A DNA stretch of 48,926 nt, counting the filler, from Catajapyx aquilonaris (Eukaryota), in the NCBI GenBank assembly GCA_000934665.2. It is 3 parts of 3 records of this genome, joined end to end, with 100 filler letters (N's around TTAATTAATTAA, not from the genome) between each part and the next. Parts side by side here need not be neighbours in the genome. Positions count along the whole stretch, not along the records: positions 32,700 to 48,926 come from KZ539661.1; 2 more parts are not named here. One strand, 5' to 3'. Below are positions 48,380 through 48,926 of this stretch, one piece after another. Under the pieces are notes generated by a model. It was not told the DNA's origin, made no database searches, and saw only the letters and a program-made list of their open reading frames with translations. Position numbers and translations under genes: made by a program. Numbering within the stretch: position 1 is the first letter of the stretch; every line of letters starts with the position of its first letter.

Positions 48380-48870
48380 TCGTGTTGGACTGTGTTCATC
48401 TATGTCCCTGGAATGTGTTTTCATATAGTATATTTGAAGTATGCGTGCATTTAGGCTACATGAGGGAAATATTGGTCACAACATATTATTCACCCCCGGA
48501 GACATGGAATTTTGACAGGCGACTATATGGAGCATTTTTAGGAGGCGATATTTCGATTCTTGCTGTGGCAGAGAAATCGCATTCTGGGATTCTGCGGAAT
48601 ACTGGAGCCCCTGCTTCCATACGTTACGGTACCTTAAACATGAAACAGTTACTGGCACAGCTTCCAGTGCTGCAGGATCTGGATGAAAACACGAATGCAA
48701 AGTAAGAACCGCATGTTCTGTTTCACTGCACACACAAGAACCCCTAGTTCAAACAAATGGTGACGTGGAAAACGAATACACACTGTAATGTACTATGGGG
48801 GCTCATATTGTTTTGGCCACTTTATCCTGGTCTTGAAGTAACCCTTCACACACAGACCTGTCTTCACTAA
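48380..48870 (+). pseudogene. Degenerate mariner transposase (catalytic region)
   Basis: Ordered remnants across frames: LVT..YYSPPET, FWDS/GIL, ETVTG and a decayed EV..H.PDLS, paralleling mariner IVTGDETW..YY.PE, VFWD..GIL, TVT and HPPYSPDL. Confidence 0.55.
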
Positions 48871-48926
48871 GGTGTGGGGACGTGGAAACTGAACTTTCCG
48901 TAGCGAGTGTAAACTAACCTAACCTA

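Overview
Eukaryotic, arthropod-like animal genomic DNA: spliceosomal GT-AG introns, (CCTAA)n-like tracts, and alternating CpG-poor and CpG-rich segments. It consists of three contigs joined by 100-bp N/TTAATTAATTAA/N assembly spacers (16255-16354, 32600-32699). One complete gene is supported: a three-exon FDXACB1 orthologue (2835-5529, +, 465 aa; BMT5/DUF2431-type methyltransferase N-terminus plus FDX-ACB C-terminus). The first two coding exons of a secreted cathepsin-L/I29-propeptide gene (16355-16585, -) are missed by the ORF track and cut by a gap. Two orphan exon candidates are present: an acidic linker exon (8557-8787) and an Ig-strand micro-exon (45903-45972). The rest is non-coding or repeat-derived. 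It includes an internally deleted Academ-type DNA transposon (207-2229), mariner remnants, many MITEs (Tc1/mariner, hAT, Harbinger, piggyBac-like, Kolobok-like), Helitron ends and several tRNA-headed SINEs. The most curious element is a tRNA-Gln copy whose stems are perfect but whose loops are rewritten (34364-34435, -), followed by a structured 3' extension. No CRISPR or prokaryotic system is present. Family assignments come from motif recognition by eye, not from database searches.
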